A stretch of DNA of 53,328 bases, counting the filler, from Jimgerdemannia flammicorona (taxonomy: Eukaryota): the NCBI GenBank assembly GCA_003990765.1. It is 2 parts of 2 records of this genome, joined end to end, with 100 filler letters (N's around TTAATTAATTAA, not from the genome) between each part and the next. Parts side by side here need not be neighbours in the genome. Positions count along the whole stretch, not along the records: positions 26,716 to 53,328 come from RBNJ01000713.1; 1 more part is not named here. The stretch is one strand, 5' to 3'. The notes beneath the pieces are model-generated. The model was not told where the DNA came from. It made no database searches and saw only the letters and a program-made list of their open reading frames with translations. The position numbers and the translations under genes are program-made. Below are positions 36,315 through 49,956 of the stretch, in pieces; position 1 is the stretch's first letter; each line of letters starts with the position of its first letter.

Positions 36315-39300
36315 AGCACTACTCTACTCCCTTCCAGTAGGCTGATCATTGCCACTTGGAACTGTTGAGGGACACCAATCTTATCCAGTACCTTTGCCCA
36401 CCAGATCTGCTTAACATGGTCATATACCTTCTTCTGATCTAGGAAAACCAGTCACTCATCTAGTCCACTGGCTCATACCCCTTCAATAACACCATGTACC
36501 CAGGCCATGCTATCCCTAATAAGTTGGCCCCCTACAAAACCTCACTGCTTCTCACCCATGACTTGCTGGGCCACCTTCTGCAGCCTCGCTACCACCACCT
36601 TAGTGACCAACTTTCTGTCTATATCCAGTTATCCCTCCTGCTCTTGTTCTTATAAAGCAGTGTCACCAGCCTCAGATCCTACTTGCCCACCCATCTCTCT
36701 GACTATAGTACCAAGTTACAAAGAGTCATCAGCTCTCCAAGCACTCCAGGGGCTCCCACTATCTTCTTCCAAAAGTCCCAGGGCAGACCATTCTCTCCTG
36801 GTACTATGCCCAGCATAGTTATGACAAGAACTTAGCAAATTTCCTCCTCCTGTACAGGCAATACTAAGCTGCCCAGCCCATCTGCCTGTGGTGGGTGCCA
36901 ATCCTCCAAAGCACAGTCAATAGTGGCAGCATCAGCCCCACTCTCCTCCTCACTCCACAAATCACTCTATCTCTCCTTTAATGAGCTGAGAATGTCTTGT
37001 ATACCATACACCAGCAGATCATCTGAATCTAGTACCCCCTCTCATTGCTGCTTTACTCTCCTCACCCAAAGGGACCTCATGAGGAACTTAGAGGGCCTCT
37101 TCCCTTCCTCCAGCCCCTGCCAACATAACCTTGCAGCCAAACTCAGAACCTGTACCTCCTTCTCCTTCTGTAACATCAGTTGTAATTCTGCAACCTCCAT
37201 TTTCACCCACACTAATCTCCAGTCCTCCACTCCCTTCAGGGCCAACAGACCAGCCCAATCTTCCAAAAGCCTAGGCAGTCTAGCAGAAGCCCACTTCACC
37301 CTCTTCCTCCTCTGTCTTCTGGCCACCTTGCCAGCCTCAATCTAGTAGACCCAAGCAGCCTTCTTCAACCTCATTTACCAGATACCAACTGGGGCACCTT
37401 CCTGTATCCAACCCTCCACTCTCTGCTGAATGTCCTCAGCCCACCTGTCACACAGTACCTTCTCATCCAACAAAGAGGAATTGAGGTGTCAATATCCAGG
37501 CCCATCCCCACTCCCTCCAAAATGACTCTGTCCCAGTAGCTCCCAATGATTAGACCATGGACACTACTCTACCTCTAGTGATTTCCAAACATCCAAGCCC
37601 TAGTAGTCCACCATCAGCACCCAGTCAATCCTCATTTCCAAGTCACTTATCCAGTACATGTATACCATTCTATTACCTCAGAACTCCCTGCCAGCATCCA
37701 CCAGAGCACTCAGTCTTTCCACCTCCTCTTATGCCTCCAGACCCCCACTCCTATCCTCAGCCCCCTGTCATCCATCAGTTCTATCCACCAGTACATTCTG
37801 GACTATATTAAAGTCCCCTCCAAGCATGTCCACTCCAGCCTCTGTAAGGGTCCCACTCTTCTGAAGACCCCTCACCCAATCCACACACTCACCCTGTACA
37901 GTAGAGCAGTAGTTGGAACCCACTATAACTGACTCCCAACCTGGTTGTATCTACTCTCCCCAAACTAGCCTATCTCTCTAGCTCCTCACATCCTGTATCT
38001 CCCCTCTGCCTCTCTGGACCAGAATCCCAACCTTGTCCTTCTAAACTACCAAACCTCCCTATTTCTTTGTCCATTTCAGTCTATTCAAGTCATCCTTATA
38101 TCTGATATTCTGTAAAAGAAAGAGATCAACCTCTAATCTCTTCTGCCAAGCAAAAATGTTCCTATGTTGAAATGAACCCCAAAGCTCATTTATATTTAGA
38201 GAAAAAATATTGGTTGTATTGTTTATAAGAAAGATTTTTAAATATTAAGAATATCCTCTACTGCTCTACATTCATCTCCTCCTGTGCCAAGTCCAGATCA
38301 TATTCAACATCCACCACCTCCTCTTCAACCCTCTTAGCCTCCAATCCAATCAGTAGTTCAGTAAGTTCCCCATCCTCCTTTTCCTCAAAGTCCTTATGAT
38401 ACTCCAAACAGACCTCCTACCAGAGCTGCAATCTATGTCTCTCAGCCCACCAGAGGGCAGTCTGCTCACCAGTAGCAACTGCTAGCTCTCTCTCTCTTGT
38501 CTTATTGACCTCATACTCTTTCTCTTCTAAGAAAACTGCAAGCACCTCTGCCTTCAGAGCCTCTCCCACTCCATCTTCATGTAGGATTTGTGCCCATTGA
38601 TCATCACTAAGTACTCTCAAGTCCACTTCCCCCAACTCCTTAGCCACCATGTTGTTCATTATCTGATACATCCACTGGAGGTTGCCCACCTTCTTTCCCC
38701 CTAGAATTGCTGATCTTCCTTCCCCCAGCATCAATATATCAGCCCCTGCACTTGCTGTCTCATCTTTCTCCTCCTCAGAGACACCCACCAATTCATCCTC
38801 ATCTGCCACCACCACCCATCTCCCTTTTACCACCTCAGGAACTCCAAAGTATACTTACTGGGCCCTCTATATTGGTACATCCTCTACCACCCTGCCTCTT
38901 GAGGCTAGACCTTGTCAAATAAGAGAAGGGGTGTCCTCCCAAACCTTAAGCATACTATTCACATATAGGTTATTGCTAGTCACCTCCTTGTCCACTTTAG
39001 GCCCCTCTACCACCATCTCACTATCTTCACCAGCCCAGACACTTGTCTTGGCTCCCTCTGTATCCTCAATTCCTCCAGCATCCCTCTTCGCCCTACTCTC
39101 CAGATTTGCCAGTAGCTCTCTCTATCTCTTGCATCCTTAGGACCTTTCCCACAGCACCTTATCTATGTGGATCTGCTTCCCATCTACTACCTCTAAATAC
39201 ATTGACTCCACATATACCTTCCAAGCCTTTGCCCTCCACTCTACTATACTACTCAGCTCCTTCAGTGCCTCCAACAAATCCTCTTCCTCCTCCTCACTCC

Positions 39301-40255
39301 TCTTCACCCTTGTCACCTTATACAAGAAGGCCCCCTATACCATAACTGAAGGCCAGTCTCAAGTCTTCCCAGTAGCTTCCTATCTGGCCAACCAAAACTG
39401 GACATCAATATCTCTAGTCCTAAATGAGGTCACTTCCCAGACCTGGAACCTGACATTGACCACCTCTCCATACTCAACCATGACTTCCTCAACTCTTCTC
39501 CTCATCTTCACAGCAGTCACTATGGATACCCCTTTCACCAGAAGTTGTACCACCCTGGGGTCTCATCTTAAGCAGTGTGTTATCAGAACACACACCTCTC
39601 TAACAGTCAGCCTAGCCTTCAGCACATCCTCCAATGGCCCTGCCTTCTCAAAGCCCACCTCTACTTCTTCCAATCTCTTCAGGAACTTCATAGATACTGC
39701 TTCAGCCACCTGCTTAGCAATTAGCCCCAATATCATTTTTGCTATCACTATTAAGCCCCAGAAGCATAAAGTAACTGTGAACTCTGAGATTGACTTCTTG
39801 AGTAACAGGTCCACCACCAGACCCATTACACTATCTGTCAGGTCTCCCATCCATCCAAGCCCCATCCTCTCAGCCCTGCTATCAGCAGTCACATCTGGAT
39901 TTTTTTCCAGATCACCAGTCACCACTCTATCAGCAGTTATACCCCCAGCTACTACTCCACCAGCTCTTCTACTTAACACCTCCAAGAGAGCCCCTCCTGG
40001 CCCCCCAGCAGCAGTCTTCTCCTTGTCACCCTGCAGCCATCTATCCAGTTCAGCCAGCTGGTTCCCCTATCTGACCTTTTTAGCAAAACTCATCTACTTC
40101 CCTCCTATCTGTACTATACCTCCTCCTTCACCACCTCTGACCTCTCTTCCTCCTGACAAAGTACTTGCTATCCCCAACTCTACTCTCTGACCTCTCTCCA
40201 CATACTGTCAGCCAAATACACTGGGGCCACCCTGCCCAGTACACTCCATAGAACT
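36312..40255 (-). mobile_element. LINE of the same family on the minus strand (ORF1, APE and part of RT), interrupted by the plus-strand LINE
   Basis: Reverse complement is collinear with 31173-34500 and 45250-49230. RT similarity runs right up to the neighbour's poly-A tail. Confidence 0.9.
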
Positions 40256-40959
40256 CCAATTTGAGGATATATTCTTAAGACATTTCTTTAAAGAATGGTA
40301 TAAAAGTAGGTGATATTTATTTATGTAATATGAGATATATCAGGAAGAGCCTTGCTGTCCATCTGCTTCTTATATATATTCTCATAGCTCTTTTGATATT
40401 AGAGAATATCTAATATTAGACCAATAGATCTGGGTGGTTTCTTGATCTTGCTATTTGGTGGGTGGTAGATATTTTATTTTGTAGTGAGTTTCTTATTTGT
40501 GGATAATATCTTATACTTCTTTTTGATACTTCTTTTATATCCTAAGGATCTTCTTCTTTGGTCCAGAGGTAGGGTCACCTGATTTGGAGTAGTATACTGC
40601 TGAGATCATTATAAGTCACATGAGTTTAAATATAGATTATCTTCTGGTCAAGATGAGTCATAGTTGAGTTACAATTTATAACAAGAGGCTTATGAAGTCT
40701 GAGTAGTCTCCTGGCTTTTGATGTCATTAGTTTCTAAGATATCATTATATTATATATATTATAATTTATATAAATAACTAGATGTACTAAATTAGATATA
40801 TTGATTTTATCTTAGCTGGAATACTTATTTCAACTAGAACACTCATTTCAACTAGAATACTCATTTTAAGTAAAATACTCATTCTATAGGGAATAATTAT
40901 TTTACATAGAAATAAGTAATCATACCTTCTCTAAAATAGCCTTATTGTATACATATTCT

Positions 40960-41650
40960 ATAATTATCTAGATAGTAATCAGATAGTAATTATATTTATA
41001 TAAAATATCTCAGAGATTCAAGTGAATAAACCTCAGTTCAAAAAGTCAAAGAAAAGTAAAAGCCAATTGTCTGATATACTTAAAAGGAGAATATCTACCA
41101 ATGAGCTACTGTTAAGAAGTTGTGAGCTTTATTTCTTTTCTACTCTGGTCTACTTTCTAATATAAAGAAGAAGTCTATCTGAAACTCTTAATATAACAAA
41201 GTCAGTCTAATAGATATACTTTCACAGTAAACTTATTTATGCAAATAAAATAGATATTTGACATAACTTTACTAGTTAATAAAAAGAGAAGTTTTCTGAT
41301 TTGGTCTGCTTACTTGATTAAGTCTGAAATCTATCATATTTTTATCTACTTACCAGATTAAGTCTAAAGAGAAATCTGTTACATTTTTGATCTACTTGTC
41401 AGATAAAGCTAAAGAACTTCGCTACCATTTTGAGAAATCTGTCTAAATTTACTATATTATATAGAATCTGTATAAGAAATAACTATATTATACAGAATTT
41501 TCACCTAATAAAAAAAATATACTAAAATCATCATTATTATATAAATAAGAGAACTTATACTTATTTTTGAACAAAGTAACTAGAGGCTCAAGCCTATCTA
41601 TATAGCTATTCCAATTTTGTAATTTGTCTTTATTGAGCTTAGTATATTAT
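40960..41650 (+). repeat. Dispersed non-coding repeat, copy B (see 4950-5745)
   Basis: Same conserved blocks as copy A, in the same order. Confidence 0.8.
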
Positions 41651-43168
41651 AATACTAATGAATATTATATTAAGTCTAATATAATATGTTAATACAAAAT
41701 AATACTAAGAATTTGTCTTCAAGCCATACTTATCTATTATATATAAATATCTAATAATAATTATTATTATTAACTATAATTTAATTTCAATCTCTTATCT
41801 AATATAAATTATATCATAAATATCATATCTATCATATGTATATCTATTATTAGCTTGTATTCATAAATACTCATTAGAACTTACTTAGCATTATTCATTA
41901 TCCTAATTTACTTTGTCAGTATCTGTTATACTTCTTTTAAAATATCAACCCACAGTTGTAAATTAGTCACTAGTACTAGTATAGCCAATGATATCAATAC
42001 TGAATAAAGCAAACTAGTCTTGTAAAAATTGATAAATACTAAGCCAATCCCATCTTTAATAATATTAATATTTCCTACTATCTACTGTTCTAGACTGCTA
42101 TAAGAATATAACTGCTGGCTACTACAACTACTTAGTTGGAGTCAGAATTATGAAAAAAATAAATAAAATAAAATAAAAAAACTCTTTATCATTCCTTAAC
42201 TAATTCCTGATCTCTTTATAATCTTCAAATAAATGCTATTATCTGTGATCATTATTATTACTAGTATTCAATTAGTTATTATTTATCATTATTATTTAAT
42301 TAATCATCTGTCATCTTTTGTCTATCTATATGACTCATATCTTGATATATAAGATAATATTAACTTTAATGAAAATTCTTTAGATTATATCTACTTTTAT
42401 AATAAATAGTATATTTCTTTCTTTATAATATATATATTTTCTTATCTATAATATAAATATCTACAACTTCATATCTATCATCACTATACTATTTCTTTAC
42501 TAACAAAAACTTATAATAATTTGCAATCAATATATAATATTTTATTAATTAAGAGATATATAGTATATTTTACAGATATTTTATAGAATTCTAGATATTA
42601 TTCAAGTTTTTTAAGTATTCCTAATAATATATTCTAAAGCATACAATCTGGACTAGTATTCCAGATATTCAAAAAGCTATATTCTGATTCTACTCATTTT
42701 GTAAATATGTAAGATATATCAGAATTTTGAAATATTTTTATAATATCATCCTTAATGATATTATCTCTAGTACTTAATATTACCTTAGCTATATTTATAC
42801 TAAAGTCATCCATAATACTATAGGTATTTCTTTTATAGTTAAAATATATCTCACAACAAATATTCTCCTCTCCAAGCTCAAGAATATGATACTGAAGTAT
42901 ATATATAACTATATTTATTTTGATATTGTCTCATTATTTTTCAATAAGACTACTACTACTACTACTACTCTCTGAAGTAAGGCTAATAGAGATCACTATG
43001 ACATATTTCTCAACTTTCTCTACTTCTAAACTTGCTATTAGTGAGATGACTAACTTCTCCAAAGAGGCTTTCAAGTTGCTCCTAGCAGAGGTAGTGACTC
43101 TTACTATACCTGAGCACTATACTTTACTCTCTGCTATTAACTAGATTTGGACATTTAATGAGAGTCTT

Positions 43169-43421
43169 CAGAGTATCTCTTACTCTGTAATACAGCCAAA
43201 TTTAGCTACAAAAAAAAACTACTATAAAAATATTATATAAATCAAAAGAAAATCAAAAAAATTAAATTACAAACAAAAAAATCCATTTTTTTAATTTTTC
43301 TTTTTTTTTTTATAATTTTATAATAAATATAAAATAAAAAAAAAAAAAAAAAATTAAAAAATTTAAAATTTTTTTGTAGCTAAATTTAGATGCATCATTT
43401 TACAGAATAAGAAATACACTA
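43169..43421. mobile_element. Putative MITE with ~45-50-bp degenerate terminal inverted repeats
   Basis: The left arm gtatctcttactctgtaa..aaatttagctacaaaaaaa pairs with the right arm tttttttgtagctaaattt..ttacagaataagaaatac. A/T homopolymer interior. Confidence 0.6.
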
Positions 43422-44449
43422 TTTATATGATATTAATAATATATTTCAGGATACAATAGTATGGTCCACCTTGGAGATAGCATATTGTATATCTTATTGT
43501 AGTCATTTTGACCTTACTCTTGTCTGTCTGCATCAACTCAAATTATTGTAGAGGTTGTTATACATTACCTGAGTCCTCTTTATACTATATGGCAATTTGC
43601 TATCATATCTATAAGAACACCATATGTCCTACTGGTCATTCATCTATAAGTTATAAAAATATATGCCACAATGTTAGTTTCCAGTATAATAAAATAAAAG
43701 TTAGCTCTCAAATGGTCATTTCAGAAGATGATCAGATTGTGGAGCTTCTATTAGAGAATCTGGATTAGATAGTACAGCTTTCTATTTCTAGGATGAATAT
43801 CTATACAAATGGGACATTGTTATAGAATCTATTGGCAACTCCAACTTATATGAAATTGGACTCATTGGAGGGGAATTCTCACATTTTGATACTTATAATT
43901 TAAGTAAACCATATGTATATATCTTCTGATCTGACAACAATGATCAATTTTTTTTTTTTGGGAAATGAATTCCTGTAGGTAATAGCATTTACACCTGTTC
44001 CTTTTCGATCAACAGATTCAATTATATATTCTGCTGTAGGCTTTCATGAGTCATACCAATATTTATCAGATAAAAGACTGCTGAGGTTGATTGATAGAAT
44101 CATAGATAGTTGGCTTAGAAATATGAATACTGTAATGGGCCTTATGTTACAGTTAATAGTTATAAGGATTCATATTTGTCATATATTTTATATTTGCCTT
44201 AACACTATTATCAAAATGGCAATTCAAAGATATAACAAATTTTCCTACAAAATTGATCAAAAATCAGTAATATCAAACTCCAATCACAGTTCAAATACTC
44301 TGAACAGCCTGGCAGGACTTAAAGCTTAACTCCCAATAAATATTTTAATGATAGAAAATCACTTTTTGTTATTTTATACATTGAGTTAGTAATTAAACTC
44401 TGGGACCTCCAGTTAAATGTTCAGTATATATATATAATATAAATACTTA

Positions 44450-45141
44450 GTGGGAGCAGTGAGTGGTGATCTAGGGAGAGGCCCTATAAGTTAGAGTAGC
44501 TGTCAGTTATCTCTAGCTGGGTATGTTTCTATTTTGAATATCTACTAGCTACTAAAGCTATAGTATCTGGCTTATCATCTAGACTTCCCAGCTTAGGTAG
44601 TAAAGCAATTGTTGAAACTGGCCAAGAGTTGGATCTGGGCTGAGAGAAGGAGTCAGATTAGCTGGGAAATCATATCTCTGCCAGTTACCAGAAGAGATCT
44701 GAGGCTGGTTGACTTTCCAAAGAGGCTGTACTGCCTGAGAGTATGGTAGCTGAAGAGGGTGGTGGAGCTGAGAAATAGTGGCTGAGTTCCTCTGATGAAG
44801 AGGGTCTGGGAGATGAGGTCCTCACCAAGAGGCTCTATAGGCAATCTACTGTTCTTGGTTGGGCTTCAGAACATTGGTCACTTGCAGTATAAGGGATACT
44901 AGTGGGGGGTTGTCGATGGGGCACACCACATTGGAATTCACTAGCAAAAAGATGAAGGGGAGATGCCTTGGGGCCCTGTGATGTAGAGATGGGACTGTGT
45001 ATTATTGGGGGGTTTCTCACTACTCAATTTTGATATTGGTGATAGAGTAGAGTATCAGAGGGGATTAGAACAGGATTTGTGGCCTAGTGGATGGCAGCAG
45101 GTAGGCATTGGGGAGAAGTGGGATTAGATGGCCAGCAGTAC
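44450..45141 (+). mobile_element. LINE ORF2 3'-region fragment
   Basis: Collinear with ~34900-35590 (gaaactggccaa..ggatctgggctg, gggagatgaggtc..ccaagaggctctat). Cut by the next LINE's 5' end. Confidence 0.8.
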
Positions 45142-48100
45142 CTTTCTCTGCTATAATTTACATTACACACACTTTTACAACATACTTTCAAGTTGTTTAT
45201 TGGAGAAAGGTATTAAGGCAATATCAACCAGCAAGCAAGCAGATACACGTACTAGGTCAGATAGACCTGGGGCCTTCAACTGGCAACATGTTGGGTGAAG
45301 GGATGGGCTTGGGATGGGGTCTTTCAGTGGTTTGAGTGGGCAAGACAGCTCGGGCAGTGGAAGTGGTGCTGGAGGTGGAGCTGGAGGGCAGGCAGAGAGA
45401 AGCTTTGCAGACATGCTGAGAGATAGTGGTTGGCTGGTGGGAACTTAGGGTGGGCAGGTAAGAGGGAAGAGGAAGCAGAAGGTTGGAGAAGCTAGAGGCA
45501 CTGGAGGAGCTAGACCTCAGTTGGTGGGTGGTAGGGCTGGTGGGGTGGCTGCTGGGAGTAGTGGTGGGACTGCTGATGGTGGTGTGACTGGGAATCTGAA
45601 AAAAAATCCAGATGTGACTATTGATGGTAGGGCTGGGCAGATGGGTCCAAAGCAGAAAAGAGACCTGGCTAATGATGTGATAGGGCTAGTAGTGGCACCA
45701 TTACTCAAGAAGTCAATTTCAGAGTTTATGGCTACCTTGTGCTTCCAGGGCTTGTCAGTGATGGCAAGGATAGTCCTGGGGCTTATCTTACAGCAGGTGG
45801 CTGGAGCAGCCTTGGTGAAGTTCCTGAAGGGGCTGGAGGAAATTGAGGTGGGCTTTGAGGAGGTGGGCCCACTAGATGAAACTCTGAAGACTGGAGTAGT
45901 GGTCAGAGAAGTGGTGGTCCCTATGGTGCACTGTCTTAGGTGGGACCCCAGGGTGGTGCAGTTGCTGGTAAAGGGGGTGTCTACAGTGACCAAGGCTGAG
46001 ACTAGAAGGAGGATAGAGGAGGTGATAGTGGAGTATGGCAATGTAGTGGATATTGGCTTCAAGATGTGGGAGGGGACCACCTTTAGGATAGGTGACATCA
46101 ATGTCAGGATTAGACTGGCTGAGAGGGAGGCCACAGAAAAGGTAAGTGACTGGCCCTCAGTATTGATGTGGGGAGCATTTGTCTATAAGGTGTCGAGGGT
46201 GAAGGGGAGTGAAGAGGAGGAGAAGGACTTGTTGGAAGTACTGGAGGAGTTGAGTGATATGGTCAAGCAGTGGGCGAAGGCCTGGAAGCTATATGAGGAG
46301 TTGACACACCTGGAGACTATTGATGGGAAGCATATTTGCACTGACTAGAGGCAGTGGGAGAGGGCTCAAGGGTGCAAGAGACAGTGGGAGCTGCTGGTGA
46401 GCATGAAAGGAGGGGTAAAGATGAAGGCTGAGGGCATTGGGAAGTCTGAGGGTGTAGAGGCAAGTATCTGGGCTAACAAGAGTAGAAGCACTGGGGAGGA
46501 GGGATTGGGAGGGGCTGAGAAGGTGCTACACAAGGACCCATTTGCTGATGGCACATTTGAAATATGGGACCTAGTCATAGAGGACACTCTCTCTCTGATC
46601 AGGCAGGGTCCAGCTATAAGGGGTCAGGTAGAGGAGAATGTGTTGATGAAGGGTGCTCAGCGGGTTCACTTTGGGGTTTCTGATGTGATGAAAGGCAGTC
46701 AGATGGTAGCAGTTGGCAAGGATGAGCTGGTGGATGTCCCAGAGAAGGGGTGAGATGAGACTACCAGTGTAGGGGCAGACACTATGATGCTCGATGCAGG
46801 GAGGCCAGGGATGCCAGGAGGGAAGGAGGTGGGGAACCTGCTGTGGATGAGCAAGATGATGGATAACTTTGCAGCTGAGGAGTTGGGGGAAGTGGACTTG
46901 CATATGATGCCTGAGAAGTATTGGGTGCAGATTCTGTATGGTGATGGGGTGGTAGCGGTACTGAAGGCAGAGATTCTTGTAATTTTCCTGGAGGAGAAGT
47001 GATATGAGGTTGATAAGGTGAGGGAGGCTGAGCTGGCAGTTATTGCAGGGGAGCAAGCTGCCTACTGTTGGACTGAGTGGCATGGATTATAACTCTGGCA
47101 GAAGGTATATCTAGAGTATTGTGAGGACTTTGAGAAAAAAGAGAATGGGGTATTGGCTGAACTTCTGGTCAGGTTGGAGGCACACGTGGCTGAAGAGAAA
47201 GCTCTGACTGCAGAGCATGATTTGGACTTGGCACAGGAGGAGTTGAATGCAGATTTATAGAGGGTGTGATTGATCAACAACATTATTCCTTATGAATAGT
47301 ATAACTAAAATTTTCTCTCTGAATGTGAATGGGTTAAGGAGATCTGGGCAGCATAGGAACATTTTTACTTAGCTTAAAGGATTGGAGGCCAATCTTTTTT
47401 TACTGCAGGATGTACAGTGTGAGGATGAGGATAATCAGGTAGAGTGGACTAGAGAATGGGGAGGGGATACTACTTGGTTTGGCAAAGTGGCAATTCTGGT
47501 GAAGAAGGGTAGAGGAGACTTGAGCAGAGTCAAGAACTAGGGCAACTGCTTGGTCTGGGGAGATTGGCATTGGCCAGGGTGGGAGTCAGTGAGAGTTGGC
47601 TCCTGCTACTGCCCTGCAGTGAGGGGTGAGAGGATTGTATAGATTAGAGATCTGCTGGAGGGGAGTATTCTCTTGAAGGAAGGAGTAGATGTTCTGGGTG
47701 GTGATTTTAATATGGTTAGGGATCTGCAATTAGATAGAACTGATGGAGAGAGAAATACAGGTGGGAGGAGTGGTGGTCTGGATGTATGGGAGGAGGTGGA
47801 GAATCTTAGCTCATTAGGAGATATGGGCAGAATACAGTGGGGCAACATGAGGGTCTACACACATTGGGTGAATGGCTTGGGTACAAGGATTGACTGGATT
47901 CTGATGGCTGAATGCTGGGGTATTGATGTTTGGAAGACTTTGGAGGTAGAGTGGTACCTATGGTCAGATCACTGAGGACTATTAGGGCAGGGGCAGTTTG
48001 GGGGGAGTGGAGATGGACCTGGATATTGGCACCTTAACTCCTCCCTGCTGGCTGAGAAGGTATTGTGGGACTTATGGGTGGAGGACATCCAGGCAAAGAT

Positions 48101-49956
48101 TCCTATCTGGAGGCATGAGGGTTGTCTGTGGGTGTCCGTTGAATGAGGTTGAAGGAGGCTGTGAGGGTCTATTGAGGAGGAGCTGGTAGGGAGGCTGGGA
48201 GACAGAGAAGGAGACACATATGGTATGCTTCTAATAGGCTGATGAGATTGCAGATAGCATGGGCTGATCTGCTTTCTTCTGAAGAGGGGGAGGATTGGAG
48301 ATTAGAGCAGATGAAATTGAAGGTGGTGGAGCTGCAACAGGTATTGAGAGAGGAGGAGGAGATTCATATGAAAGGAATGGCTGCCAGGCTATGGTGGCAG
48401 GGGCTTGAGGAGGGAGAGTGGCCTACTAGGTACTTGTCTAGGCTCCTTAAAGCTAAGAGAGTGTGACATTGGTGGGATGGGGTCTTTGATGCTGAGGGGG
48501 ATATGGTGCATAGCATACAACAGATCTTGAGAGTTTTAAAGGAGAGATGGCAGGGTCTGTGGAGTAAGAAGAAAGGGGGTGCTGATGAAGAGGTGATTGG
48601 AGATACACTGGAGGAGTGGGAGCTGCTACAGGTAGAGGGACTGGTTGACTTGATCTTACTGGTCCAAGAGGAGGAGATCCAGAGAGTCCTTGTAGTGACT
48701 AAGCTTGGGACTGCACCAGGGGAGGATGGGTTACCTTGGGACTTCTGGAAGAAGATGGCGAAGGTCCCTGGAGTGTTAGGTGAGATGACTGCCCTCTATG
48801 ACCATGTTCTTCTAAATGGTGAGTGGGTTGGTGAGCAGGACTTGGGGCTGGTGGCATTATTGTACAAAGACAAGAGGAGGTGAGAGGACTGGAAGAACTG
48901 GAGGCCAATCATGCTTCTGGATATAGACAGAAAGATGGTGACTAAGGTGATTATTGCAAGGCTACAGAAGATTGCCCAGCAGGTACTGAGTGAGGAGCAG
49001 TGGGGCTTTGTAGGAGACAGGCTTATCAGGGATGGGACTGCCTGGGTACATGGCATCATTGAAGGGGCCTGGACTTGTAGACTGGATGGTAGACTGGTCT
49101 TTTTGGACCAAGAGAAGGCCTATGACCATGTTTGGTAGGTGTGGCTGGGCAAGATACTGGACAGAATTGGTGTGCCCTCACAGTTTTGGACTTCTATATT
49201 GAGTTTGTTAGAGGATAGTAGGGTAGTGTTGATGTATAATGGTCACAGAGGTTTGGTATTTCCCTTGAGAAGAGGAGTTCCTCAGGGAGACCTGCTGTCT
49301 CCTATCCTTTATGCCCTTTCATTGGAACCTTTGTTAGATAGGATATGTCGGAAGGTGGCAGGGCTCTCTATATATAGTGTGGTGTGGAAGGTGGAGGCCT
49401 TTGCAGATGATATGGTGGTTGGACTTGGATCAGTGGTAGACGTAGAGGTACTCAAGAAAACAGTGGAATGGTATGAGGTACACTCTGGTGTGAAACTCAA
49501 CTGGCATAAGTGTGAGATGATGGTGTTGGAAAATGGGCTAGTGAGAGGAGATGTCATTGGAACAATTGTCCCTACAGGAGAGGTGGTGTAGTCTCTGGGC
49601 ATCTTCCTTTCTGTATATGGATCTGTCTTGCCATGAGTATGGTGGGAGAGGAGGGTGGCCATTTGGGGGGAGGCCCTTAGAGGTTGGAGGGGTCACCACA
49701 TCTCCCTGGTAGGGTGGGTGTTAATTCTAAATGTCTACTGGTTCCCCAAACTATGGTATGTGGTCTATCACTTAGACTTTTCAGCTTGGGTAGTAAAGAG
49801 GCTGATGAAACTGGCTAGAGATTGGATTTGGACAGGAAGAAGGTCCCATATCAGTTGGGATACTCTTGCAATATCAGTGGTTAGGGGAGGACTAGGCCTT
49901 GTAGATTTCCCTAAGCAGCTGCACTACCTGTATGCTTGGTGGTTGAAAAGGGCTAT
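45142..49956 (+). mobile_element. LINE with intact 5' end (ORF1 ~45288-47260, ORF2 from 47292), decayed, interrupted by LTR element 4
   Basis: 5' end shared with the relic at 1095. ORF2 starts MNSITKIFSLNVNGL; GGDFN, SDH, PQGDLLSP, FADD, GGLGLVDF. LINE homology stops abruptly at 49956. Confidence 0.92.

Noticed and set aside
39165..40190. 341-aa plus-strand ORF (and similar 31064-31702, 31922-32515, 45517-46134)
   Set aside because: These are antisense shadows of the G-rich LINE ORF1, with Ser/Thr/Pro-biased translations and no domain.
43430..44330. Decayed coding-like AT-rich segment
   Set aside because: Many stops in the frames examined and no recognisable motif, so no call could be supported.
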